NCBI GenBank assembly: GCA_964234715.1
Contig: OZ174287.1
DNA: 64,000 nucleotides
Reading direction: 5' to 3' (one strand)
Source: Podarcis melisellensis
Lineage: Eukaryota
Positions 14,296-26,706 of this stretch are shown one piece after another. Positions within the stretch are counted from its first letter, which is position 1; each line of letters starts with the position of its first letter. The notes beneath the pieces were generated by a model, which did no database searches, had not been told where the DNA came from, and saw only the letters and a program-made list of their open reading frames with translations. Made by a program: the position numbers and the translations under genes.

Positions 14296-17099
14296 GCTAT
14301 CTGCCAAGATCTTGGAAGGAAATTCCTCTCCAACTAGGGATATAAGTTAGGTTGGCCTTGCCTTTGGAGATACAGGAGAAGTTAGTCTTTCTAGCCAGCG
14401 ATCCTACTGATTAAACAGAGGGAGCTTCAACGGTAAGTTCAGTTTCCCCTTTAATCACACAGCTATATATCATTGGTGCTTTGCATAATTTTTTTTAAAA
14501 AGCAGAAAGTCTAAAGCATGGGGAAGGGGCAGCAAGGAATGCGGTGTTTACAATGGAGGTAAGTATGCCTGTTGATTTGCAGCATAAAGGAGGGGGAAAC
14601 CAGGCTCACATCACTGGAGAAATTAACATGTCGGCTGCCATTTTTAGGTACGTCTGTATGCGCCCAGAGGGAGGCAAAGGTTTCAAATGGAGCAAGGAGG
14701 AGGAGGGGTCTTTGATTGCTTGGCTATGTTTGCTACTACAGTCAAGACTGATGTCTGATGCTGTGGTCTAGATACCATTTTCATAAGGTATACTTGATGC
14801 CTTTTAAAATTTCACAAAGCCCCTGCTTTACTCTAAGAAGGCCCTTATCAACTTTTTTTTTGCTTAAAAAGAAAGGACCCATTGACCATTACCTGCTCAC
14901 ATATTGCTGGTATCCAGGTTGCTGAGATATTTAATGTGGCAGAGCAGCCTATTCTGTTGGTCCCTCCATAGGATGCAAATACTGCCAACTGGAGTGGTTC
15001 TCCCAGAAAGACTGATAAAATGATGAATCGGCACAGTAATTCTGTTAAGGCGGACCTTCCCCATTGAGGTCATATAATATACTTAGAAGTTAATTGCACA
15101 ATTAGCTTTTTTCCTTGGACCAGGCGTGCCAGCTTACTATGCATCTGGGAATATCAATTCCCTAAATCATTCCACTTCAGAATAGGATTGCCAGCTTTTC
15201 AGCTGGCCCCTATATGTGTGCCTTTAATAGCGGCTTAATGTACAAACATTAACAGGTGGTGATATTCATTTCCATGCTATGAAAAGGTTTGCCCTCTGCT
15301 TTCTGTGTATCAAGCTGCTGTTAAAAGCAAAAGAGCAGTCCAGACTGGGTTAGTTTTCCTCATAAATTGGCAACCCAGTTCAGGCAGCTTATGCACAAAG
15401 AGCCCTGGAGCTATCAGCAGGGATGCATCATAGGTTTTGAAACCCCATTTGGAGAGTGATTCAGTATACCAGTTAATCCTGTTTGTTTGTTTGTATTTGC
15501 CTCATCTGTTGTGCCTGTCTTGGGGAGGGAGGCTCTACTCACATGCATTTCAGCCCCTTCCTCTCAGACGCATCTCATTTTAGTAGCCTTAGAAATCTTT
15601 CTAGCTCTCATTGGCTCCTTCCAGTGAATGTGCTGGCTTCTGATGGAGGAACTTCTCCGCTTCCTTATCCTTCTCTCAGTGTTTCACACATCGGAGCATC
15701 CACCTCTTTTCACTCCACCTCTCTCCCTCTCCCCTCTTTTTCTGCATTTCCTGGACCACAGTTGGGCTTTTGTAGCGTATCAGAGAAGGAAACCTTGCAG
15801 GCACTGTGAGCATAAGTATGACTTTTGACCCACTTGGATGGCCCTATGCTCCAGGCACAGGAAGAGGAGTCCATGAATGGCAAGCAGTGTGATGAACATA
15901 GTTAAAGGGGGCAGAGAATTCATGAGAGTGAGAAGGTTTAATGTCAGGAATAGCACTGTTCTCTCCCCCACTGATTCCCCTCCCCAAGAGACAAGTTTAA
16001 ACTTTGGAATAGTTCCATTATTATATTAGCTATCTGCTCAGGCTTGGTGACCATTCTGTAGTTGTGCCCTGAGACAGCCAGGGCATCTAGAAGGAATCCT
16101 TTCCTGTGATAACGAATTATGCTAATGAAGTGTGAGCATCTGTTTTTCTTGGGAACAGTAAAGAATATGGGAAACACTACAGAGGTCCTCTGCTTTAGTA
16201 GCACCCCTGCACCAGCCATCACCAAGCTATATACAGTAACTTCATCTCACAATAAGTTGTTGCTTTAAGCAAAAAACCCTGCTGTCGCCACCTGATAAGG
16301 GGAGGGGGATGTAGACTCTAGATACCCACGCCTCTAAAGACTTCTTCTACAACTGTGGAATGGGGGTCCGCAACCCCAGCTACCCCCGATCATTTGCTGG
16401 TATTCCTGGGATTGCTTAGGGGTCTGGGAAGACTCCTGGCTATCTCTAATGTAGTGGCCCAAAGGCTGTAAACGGAGCTCTTTTTCCTCCGCAGAGCCCT
16501 TAGCACTTAAGCAGGGAGTTGAGTAGGAGGGCCCAGGTGCAGGCTCCAGCCCACCCTCTCAGCACTTCTGGCTAATGAGAGAGGAGATCCAGAGGATAAA
16601 GGTTGTATCAAAGTTAAGGCCTTCTGAGAAGATCAATTTTTTATTTAAGAAGGCACCTATGGTGACAACAGTAGCATACAAAGGCAAGAATTAACCCTGC
16701 TTTTTTGTGAAGGTAGAGTTAAGATTGGAAGCTGGACAAAGCTTTCTTCCCCACTAGAATTATTTTTTGGTAAAAATCATTTGACCCTGCTTTCCAGAAG
16801 AGGAGTTAACCCATGCCTGTATGTTCCACTCCTCTGCTGACTGACAATGGCAAAATTCATCAGCCATCTGCTGAGTGGTATGAGACATATTGGAGTGCAC
16901 ACCATCTTTATTCGCTAGCTCTTGCATTCTCCATCTCTGGTTCCTGTACCTTCTTCTGCACACTGCAGTTATATTCCTGATGCTCTGTCCTCCTCCAATT
17001 CTATATGTCCCTCCCTCCCCATTGAAGATTTTTGGTTTCATGTCATCTTATTTGACGATGCTATTTTGCATCCCACTGACCTTCTCCACCCACATGCAG

Positions 17100-17229
17100 A
17101 GAGAGAAGGGCAAGGAAGACACGAACGGTGCTCAAAACTGCCCCAATAAGACTGGGCCTCCTTCCCCCATCACGGAGCCCTCCATCCCTGAGGAGAGCCC
17201 ACTCCCCGACTTGCACCCATGTGATGCCA
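17100..17229 (+). CDS. MAPT: Candidate alternative tau exon in intron 12 (alternative C-terminus)
   Basis: Branch-like CACTGAC, pyrimidine tract, cag| at 17099/17100, donor CA|gtaagt at 17229/17230. Open in phase 0 after exon 12: REKGKEDTNGAQNCPNKTGPPSPITEPSIPEESPLPDLHPCDA. No transcript evidence available. Confidence 0.55.
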
Positions 17230-17940
17230 GTAAGTAGTTACCTGTTCTCATGAGCTTTGTGAGAGCTAGATGGGAATCAGATACCCAGAGCTTGGAGGGT
17301 GTGGGGTGGTAAGGCATCATACTAGTTTTCTCTGATTTTGTTAGATTGAAAACCTGGTGTTCTGTACTAACCCTAGCAGCTTAATGTGAAAAAACCCCTG
17401 TACTTTAAAAATATTTTGGACTATCAGACCTCTATCACCATTCCACCTATCTGCAAGATTGGCTGCTGGGATCTTTCATCTGGCATGGTTTCAAGATAAG
17501 GGATGCCCAGTTTGATAGGAGACTCGACTTCTTTGCCTGAAAACATTCATTAATTTATTTGGATAGGTCACCTTTTCATAACATGGTAGTACAATTCTGG
17601 GAGAAGCTGCTTTTGAAAGAAGTTGACATTTTTGTATGTTCCATTTCATAGGCTCATAGCACACAGTTTGCATACAACTTCTGTCTATAGGTTGTATGAA
17701 GCAATGTAGGATTCCTAGATCAAGGAAACATGGATATCATTATTTTTTTAATTAAAAAAATGTCAGCCAAGCAAATGAGTGGAACTGCCCTTATAACAAC
17801 ACACTAAAAACTGAGAGCCTGGATTTTCCCAATTCTGAGCATACATCAGTGTTTTGCCAAAGCAGCGGCGATGGGGAGAAGAGGAGCTGCGGCTGAACGA
17901 ACCACTTTGGCATACCAGTCAAACTCTAGTGAAGGTATAG

Positions 17941-18234
<294 letters not shown>

Positions 18235-20867
18235 TTGTGTTAAAGTGGGTGGAGAGAATAAGAAGAGAAGAATCCACTCTGGCCTTTCTTTCTCTGTTCC
18301 GTTTTACATCTTCATTCCCCACCATTCCTTAATTTATTTCGTTTTTTATATTAATGGGCTAACTCTTTTAACCTGGTTCCCTGTCCCCCTTGCCATTTAT
18401 TCATCTGTGGTCTCAGGATTTCAAAATTAGTAACAGTATGAAAACAAAGATTTCTTACTATATCTCAGTCTAGAGAAAGACATCATTTCACCACTTGCTC
18501 CTAAACAAAAGGAAATGTAATTGTTAGGAAAATTTGTGCTGCATAAGATATAAGCTTAAGAAAGAGGGTTGGTATCTGCCTCTGTCGATGAGTAGCAGCT
18601 AACCAAGTTTGTCCCCATGAACAGAGAAAAGAGCCTATATTGCTGTGGGATTGTTTAGTAACCTTCTTCAAGAACACCTGCTGTTTTGCATTTTGTTACA
18701 GGTATGTGTGATAGTGTAAGTCTAAAGCAGATATCAACTGCATACACAGGATTTGCAGTGTGAAATATCCCCTACTTCAGTCCTCAGGGAATTAGTCTTC
18801 AGAATCTCATCTCTGCGGGGGGACATGTTTCTATGCTGGGAAGGGGGCAAATGCCTTTTATTTTAAGTTTTCTTGAATGGGGTTTGACTAGAGCCATACC
18901 ACTGCATGCGAGGGCCAATGCATTGGCCTGATACCTTTGAATCACAAGAGCAAACAGCATTGAAATCCTGCCAGCTCCCTCAACTATGGTTCAAATGGTG
19001 CATACTGAGGAGCAAGGTGACGCTTGCCTCATGCGATTCTCCTTTGGGGATAGTTTTTGCAAATGTAGGGACATTAAAAGCAAATTTTCATACTATTTGA
19101 CTATTACTACCACTTTTCTCCCCTCTTCCACTTGCCTGCCTTCTTTCTCATCTTTCCAGCCTAAAAAAATGCCACAAGTTCCATGCCCGTCTCTTTGCTC
19201 TTGCCATAACATTTGCAGGTTGGTTCAAAGGACTTGGTAGGTGTTCTTGGGGGAGGGGAGCAAGGAGGTTTGTGGGTTTCAGATTTGCTCCTTGTGTTCA
19301 GTCCGATAAGCATGGCTGTTTCTCTTGGTTTTCATGACAAAATTGTGGTTGTACGTAGAAATTTGTGAGGTAGAGGTGTGGTTCTAGGGTTTTTTGTTAA
19401 ATGAGATAGGTGCACTTAAGTGCAAGTGCATGGGGGAAGAAGGGTAACTTCCTGGAAGGGCGTGCATGTGGGAATAGGTGCACCTTTTAGAATCAAGAGT
19501 CTTTCATAATAGTTGCATATATCTGATGCTCTCTTCATTGCATGCATGTTTATTCCTCAGTACGTGCATCTGTGGAAGAAGCATCACAAATCATAGACAC
19601 CAAAAGGTTTCGTTATCACCTCCAATACTTTTCCATGAAGATTGTTCACCCTTTCAGTTATGAGTACTCAAGCATTGCTCATGTAGTATGAACAAGTCCC
19701 CAAACTTGGGTGTGCATGCTCCAAGGGAAACCTACAGCACAATGCAACCAGCAGGAATCTATTTCCCATATTTTCTGAAAAGGTGCCAGAGAATTCAAGT
19801 TTTCACAGGTGGGGGGGGGGGAGAGTCCAAAACTAGCACACTGTGCAGAAGTGTCTGAATAATGACTGTTTCTGAACATAACCTGCATATGTGTACTGGC
19901 TCAAGAAGCTATCACACTAGCAGAAAGAGCTCTTTCCCTCACCTGTCAAAGTTGGAAGACTAATTGCATTTGTAGTACAGATTCCAGGGTCGTCCTTACA
20001 AACCCTTCCCCCCTTTGCTGTTTAAAAAACATTTACGATACGAGTTGTAGCTGTGCATCTACCTAGGCTAAGTGAAAATACTTTATTTTCAGAGAGTACT
20101 TTGCCTTTTGTGAATGGCTATTCCTCCCTGCCACTGCCTTTATCATCTTATAGAATCTTTCTCTCTCCCCTGCCCTCTCAAATTTCCATCCTTCAGATGT
20201 AAGTTCCCAAGCAACACAGGCTTTGCAAAACATAGCCTAGTTTATTGGAGTACTACCTGAAACACGGAAGAGCAACAGAGCTCCTATTAGAATTATGACA
20301 CAATCTATTGCATGAACGGTTGTAAATAATACAGATTTTATAAGGCAGTCCCACCACCACTTATACATTACACAGTTGGAATTGTCTGGATGTGTTTGGA
20401 AATTTCCAAGTGAGAGGATAAGATGGTTTAAGTAAAACATAACACACAAACCCAAGAAGCGGGGGGGTGGGGGGGTGGGTCTCAAATTGGTGATAGCATA
20501 CATGGCTTTTTAACAGTAAGTTCACAAATATGGCAACAGAGGCCTGACCCTCAGAGCTAGGTCCAATAAGGAACTGTGGTGTAGGTTTACAGCATAGTAT
20601 TTAAAGCTTGGCAAGGCGTATATTATCTGAGTTTGCCAAACTGATGGTGGTTGTTGGTGACTGGGTGGCAGCCTCTAAGTGAACCAGGTGTCTTGACATG
20701 GGTGTAGAAGATTCTGCAACAGATAAGGATCATAGCATGCAGAATTAGAATCACAGAACTGTAGAGTTGGGAGGACAGTGCTCATAGTGATTAAGAATTT
20801 CCTCTTCCTGTTCTCTCCATTTCCTCAAATAGTCTTGCTACCCAACTCGTGCATCTGTCTTTGTACT

Positions 20868-21110
20868 GAGGTGGGGAATCTGTGGCACTGGATGTGGTGC
20901 TAGTCCACAGCTCCCATCATCCTTGATCATTGACCATGTTGTTGGGGACTGGTAGGGAGTCAAGTCTACCTTCTTCTGAAAAGCTACTGGCTCTGCACCT
21001 CCATATGATGGTGGACTCAACTCTCCATCTGCCCAAGCCAGCAGAGTAAATGGTCAAGAATAATGGAAGCTGTAGACCAGCAGCAGCTGGAAGGCCACAG
21101 CCCCACTGCT
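20868..21110. mobile_element. Old MITE fragments within the MAPT 3'UTR
   Basis: Share acagctcccatcatcc / atggaagctgtag motifs with the palindromic MITE family at 35635, 48955 and 56160. Confidence 0.65.
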
Positions 21111-22708
21111 ACCACATAATTATTCCAAAACCCCACACCATTGTGAAACAAATCTTCTGTACCCTAGCCAGAGTAGCCTTTGTACAATGCCACAGACCTA
21201 GGCATTCAAGGATATTGGAGGAATGTTTGTGGAAACTGCAGCTGCTCAAAAATACCCCCAAAGTGGTAGAGAATATTTGGGGGGGAAACTTGCAAAGTGG
21301 GCTTCTATTTCTAAGTGGTGGTGAAAAGAAAAATCTTTAAAAACTTTCTTTGCATGTTTTTCTGAGAAAATGTCTGATGCGGTGTTCAAATTTCAAGCCA
21401 ACGCCGGTTGCTAAACTTAATACATTCCTTGTGAGATAAGACACCTTGAAGATGGGCTGTGTGCTTGTGTTTTTGTCCTTGTTAGGCTGAGTCGGGACTA
21501 AGGCTTTCTGCTTTAGGAGTACCACCTTGCTGCCTTTGCTTGCTTATTGTTTTGAGCCATGGATAAAATCAGTTCAACTAATTGTTGGGAAGTACAGATT
21601 GTCCATTGTTTCTGTAAGCAAAAGTATTTTGTGGAATGAAGTAAAAAAAAAAAGTTGAGTAAGTTGTGACTAAAATGGAAGATGGGATAGCATGGGAGAG
21701 GAACCGATTGGGTTCAAGAATGTTACTTTGTTGGCTATATCACTGTACTGCAGTACCAATGTGGTAGGCAGGGTTCTTCAGACAGATCAGCATATTGGTC
21801 AACTTTCAACAATTTCCAGTAACTCTATGATATTGTATTTAAAAATAAAGCCTGCAGTTGTATTACTTTAGGATGTGAGGAAGCTTAATATGCCTGAAGT
21901 GAACAAATGTGAGATTTTTCCCACTGAGCGCATATACCATGTCACTGAGATTCTTTTCTGTTTGCATTAGGGGATTGAGCTAGGGCTGGAAAAACGTCAT
22001 CTTTTGTCAGTTTTTGTATTGGCTTAAGCTGTAAATAAAACAATAGCCCTCTTTATTCAGTATGAAGCAACAAAAACAAACACAAAGTTATATTTGAGAT
22101 CATTTGACTCCCTGATTCTCCTGAATATTAACAGCCCTTGCCTTCATCCATTTATTTCACTGCTCAAATCTTCCCCTTCCCCAAGCATAGGATCATTCTG
22201 AGTTATTTTCCCCCACCCCAAATTTAGCCATCTCCCTGTCATAATATCTGTTTTCAAACATGGGTTTTGATTGTCTTTATGGCTCATTTTAGGATGCATA
22301 ATGGCATCAGTTTTATAGAGGGTTAGACCCATGAGGGTTCCAATCGAGGGCCATGTTGAATTGACTGGCTGGTGTCTTGTCTTGGTATATAAATATACAT
22401 ATCTAGGGGGTTGGAAAAGTGTTAAAATTTGACAGATGAAAATCATGGTTTTGAAAGTTAAAGAGGGAAAAAAATGGGCTTTTTGTCATGATCTTGAAAG
22501 TATGAAAAAGGGACAATGGAGTTTGGAAGACCCAACAAATTCCCTTTTAAGTTTCACGGGGGTGGGGAAACGGGGTGGGAGGGGGTGGGAAAGGAGTAAG
22601 ATCTCCATATGATCATCCTAGCTTAGCTACCTGTCTGTGACTGTCCATATTGTACTTGTGTGTTATAACAACTGGTTTACACCGACTTGCTGTAAAAGTG
22701 AATTTGGA

Positions 22709-22737
22709 AATAAAGAATTCATTACTACAATATTAAA
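22709..22737 (+). terminator. MAPT distal polyadenylation signal (AATAAA 22709-22714; ATTAAA 22732-22737)
   Basis: Hexamers inside the conserved terminal block, followed by U/GU-rich gctttgcctttgttgg. Confidence 0.8.
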
Positions 22738-23369
22738 CGAGCTTTGCCTTTGTTGGAGGGATATGGTGGAGACTGGGGTAGTGCAGAAGTCACACCGTTC
22801 TTGCTGGAACTAACAGACAGATGTTTGTTAGCGCTGTTCCAGTTTCATACACTTAGGCCTTTGTGAATTCTTACCACATCATTAAACTGAAAAATGTTCC
22901 TGTGAAGATGGTATTTCCAGAATTCCTGTTTTGCTTTCATTCATTTTAAGCTGAGTTCTCATCATCTGGACAAGACACTCATCCCCCTCTATGGGCATGG
23001 CAAGACCTTTTTGTATTGAGGGCTGTATTCACCCTTGGGTAATTCTCCAGGAATCATGTGGCAGTAATGAGCATAACAAAAAAGTGGCTTGCATCTTCAC
23101 CAGGCTGCTGGGCTAGGCAGAAAGGTATCCACCTCAGCACCATGGCTACCACCATTTTATAATATTCTGGGGGAAAGCCTGTCTTTGAAAATGCTAGTTT
23201 CAAAAAAGAAATTTTAAAAATGGTGATTTAAAAGTTTAGTCACATTCTTAAAAGCCATTGCTTGCATTTATTCCTTGATAATTTCAATCGATACCTCTGC
23301 ATCCTCAGTAATCTCTAATAATAGCACTCATCCAACTGTTATTTCCCAAAGAAGAGATTTAGCACACAG

Positions 23370-25310
23370 TTTTCTTAACTTTTTAATTTTTTTAATCTTT
23401 TTTTTTTTATAAGCACACATTTGTGCTTTGGCCAACAGAATCAAGACATTAAACAAAGATCAGCTTCTCTGAAGAAAAGCGTTTCTATATAACAAGGACA
23501 TTACACAGCTTGAAGCAGGAAAAGAAATATTTACAAAATACAAGGTGGTTTTTTTCTGGATTTTTCCTTTATAACGCTAAGAGGGTTATTCAGAATTTTC
23601 AACCTTATAAATAGAAAAGCACTTAATGCAGAGGGATATGGTAGCATTGGGTTTTTCCTCTTCTTAAAAAGAAATTAACTAGAACAGAACCAAAAACAAT
23701 AGGTAATGTTGAAAATTGTGAAAAAACCCCAACCATTAAGCAGTTTAGCTACTATTTCGTTACGATTACAAAATGAGAAAAAATGTATTTTTTTCCTTTT
23801 TTGGTGATGTGATTAATACAGAAGACAGGCGCAATGCTAACAACAGGACAGGGACCAACAGCCACACCGCTAGGGGTCAGAAAAACATTACAGATGGATC
23901 GGTGTGCAGAATCTGGGAGCCACTGGGGATGTGATGTGAACGGCCTCTTTAAATTAAAAAACAAAACAAAGTGATTTTTAAAATTTCCAAACCTGTTGAG
24001 CTTATCAATAGCCAGCCCAAGAAGTTATGAGAAAGAGGAAAGAAAACTTGACGGAGAAGTTTACTTTTGAACTAAGGGGTGTGTGGAAGTGGAGTTAAGC
24101 AGTAGTGGTGAAAAACAAAGTCCTATCTTTCTCCAGGAAAAAAAAGTTGAAAACAATTTAGATACTCAAACATAGCTTAAAATATAAGATGCAATCTCAA
24201 GCAATGCATAGACCATATATTTCTATATAGGGTGGGGGGAAAACAATGAATTTTACGACACTTGCTAAAATATGGCTTGTGAATCTGGGGTGGCAAGTTC
24301 CTGAATCCTGCTGACATCCCTCTCAGTATTTTAAGGCTTAACACTACTGTATTGCAACTGAGCAGCAGAAGAAATACAACCTACTGCAACTTTCAGACTA
24401 ATGGGCAAAGTGCAAAATTAAAAAGGGAATACTGAAGTGTTAATAACTTGACAGCATTTAAAGGGGAGGGGAGAATGACACCCCCCCCCCAAAAAAAAAA
24501 ATTCTAGATGGGCTGACAGCCTTTTCCCTGCTCCTAACTTGCTACTTGGGGAGGGATTAAGCAGCACAGTATGAGCTGAATAAAACTGATTTTTTAAAAA
24601 ATAAAATCACATCCAGGGTACTGATAGGGAATTGCCTTTTCTTGTACAAATCTTTTAACATGGAGAGATGGTCTGAAAAGCAGCAACAAACAGCAGAATG
24701 GATTAATAAATGTAACACAGGGTGAAGGAACTGGAGGGGAAGAGCTTCTTCTTCTTCTTCTAGCCCACAAGCTTCAGGGAGAGTTTGCATTGCAAGTGCA
24801 TTCTAGTGCCACTGCGGCCCAAGAGCTGAAACAGATAGTGAGGGAAGTTGTACTCAGAAGACGTCACTTTTCACCACTAATTTCACTCCACTAAAATCTT
24901 GGGGGAGGGGCACAGTGATGGTGGTAAGGTGAGGAGAACAGACACCGAACAGAAGAAAAAGAAAAAAAGGAGAGAGAAAGAAAGAAAAGCCTTTCACCAG
25001 AGAACCAATTCCAGGGGTCACTTGGCCAGCTTCACCCTCCTGTTTGTGGAGTGTACACCTAAAGCATGGGAAAGGGGAGACAAGTTTGCTCTCCTCATTA
25101 GACCACACAGCACTGGATAAAAGGTGTGCGTGACAAGGAAACATGGAAAGAAAGAAAGAAAAATAAAACAGTTTCTAAACTCCTTAAATTCACTAAAAAC
25201 TGTGAAAATTCCCGGCAGGATGTTTGAATATCAAACGCAGATTTCAGAAGCTTTAATGCCAAGAGTTAGTTTGGTGGATTGCTTTTTGCTCTCATCTTCC
25301 TGTCCATCTC
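23370..25310 (-). other. KANSL1: KANSL1 3'UTR (~1.9 kb; end approximate)
   Basis: Downstream of TAA at 25311-25313. Minus-strand ATTAAA at 23382-23387 and 23391-23396, AATAAA at 23267-23272. The 23410-23560 block resembles the mammalian KANSL1 3' end (from memory). Confidence 0.7.
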
Positions 25311-25538
25311 TTATCTGTGGGTCGGCCGCTGAACTGTGGCCACAGCCCCTGGATTCCGGCTCTTGAGGCAAGCGAGGGTGGGCGAGGTGGGAGCTCCGTC
25401 TGTTTCCCGGGAAGGCTTGCTACCGGAGGTGCGCCGTGTGGACCGTGAGGCCCGGTCGTGCGGATCCAACTGGTCCTCGCACTCTGTCTTGGGGTTGTAG
25501 GACAGTGGGAAGTGGCGTCGTTCCCAGGGCTGTACAGT
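25311..25538 (-). CDS. KANSL1: KANSL1 last exon (exon 15 equivalent), coding part
   Basis: gttgcttttcag|ACT; encodes [75 protein letters not shown]; 228 nt. Confidence 0.95.
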   Translation of the reverse strand, partial: TVQPWERRHFPLSYNPKTECEDQLDPHDRASRSTRRTSGSKPSRETDGAPTSPTLACLKSRNPGAVATVQRPTHR

Positions 25539-25942
25539 CTGAAAAGCAACCGAAGAATGGTCAGGGGGGCTTCAACATCGATCTGCACGGTATCTGCACA
25601 TCCTTTAGAATACATCAAACCATTATCTCTGTAGCTAAGTCCCAGACACACAGTTCACTACAGAAATCTGTACGGCAATATTAACTGAGCCGTTTTCCGA
25701 GAAACGTGTTGCCTGGTTGGGAAATGAACGGGAGTTGGGACAGTTAGCACCAACCCTGAATTGGGGCCTTTATAGAGTTCTTGCCTTGTCCAAATTTTTC
25801 TTGGAAATCTCCAGGAGGTATCCCTCAACTTCCCTGGGCAATGTATACATTCTCTTCCCATACACAAATCTTCCCAATATTTAACCTAAATCCTCCATCC
25901 CTGAATCTTCAGGCACTGACAGCAACCTGCTCTTCTTCCAAT

Positions 25943-26003
25943 AAATGTGCAACAACCTTGCAACCTTCTCAAGAAATGTGCAACATCCTTGCAACCTTCT
26001 CAA
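25943..26003 (+). repeat. Tandem duplication, 31-bp unit x2
   Basis: aaatgtgcaaca(a/t)ccttgcaaccttctcaa occurs twice. Confidence 0.92.
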
Positions 26004-26706
26004 AGGATGGGAGTTAAGTGTCTTGACTGAGGCACCCCTTGCCAACACCTGGAACCAGACTACTACCTATACATCTTTCCTAAATAGTTTTTATCTAGCA
26101 GGATAGCTGTATTCCACACTGCTGTGCTCCACTCCACCAGGCTTCAGTTACGCCCACTATATCTCATAGGCTCTTGTCCACAACTAAGCACTCCTATCTC
26201 CTCCTGGCGCATCTTGGTTCAGAAGTGTCTGGTAGACCCTTCTGGTACCCTGAAGATGTTGTTCTGCCATTATTTTCCATTGGCCATATTAGCTGGGGCT
26301 GAGAGCTGTTGTCCGAAACATGTGGTAACCCTGGCTGGGGAAGGTTGTTCCATTATTAGCATAAACAAGGGATGGAAGCTGTGGCCCTCCAGAGATTGGC
26401 CAAGCTGGCTGATGCAGAAGAGAGTTAAGTCTAACACCAGAAGGCCCCTGGCATAACCTCACCTGTGAACACTGACAGATAGCAGTTCCACTGAGAAATT
26501 GCGTCCAGTGCTTTTGTTAAGACAATTTTTGCACACAGATGGACTGGGGAAGGGGCCCCTACTTTCTGTCCAGAAAGTAAAAGCCCACTCTAACTACAGG
26601 CGCCCTGGAAACCCGTTATTGGAGTTATTGACTTGTCTGTCAACACAACTCATTAATATTACCACCTAGAACGCTAAGCAAAGCCGCAAAGAAACCCACC
26701 ACCCAC

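Larger units (their letters stand above)
18235..22737 (+). other. MAPT: MAPT long 3'UTR (~4.5 kb)
   Basis: Follows the stop codon. The terminal block (tagcttagct..ctgtctgtga..gctgtaaaagtgaatttggaaataaag..attaaa) matches my recollection of the mammalian MAPT mRNA 3' end. Confidence 0.8.
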
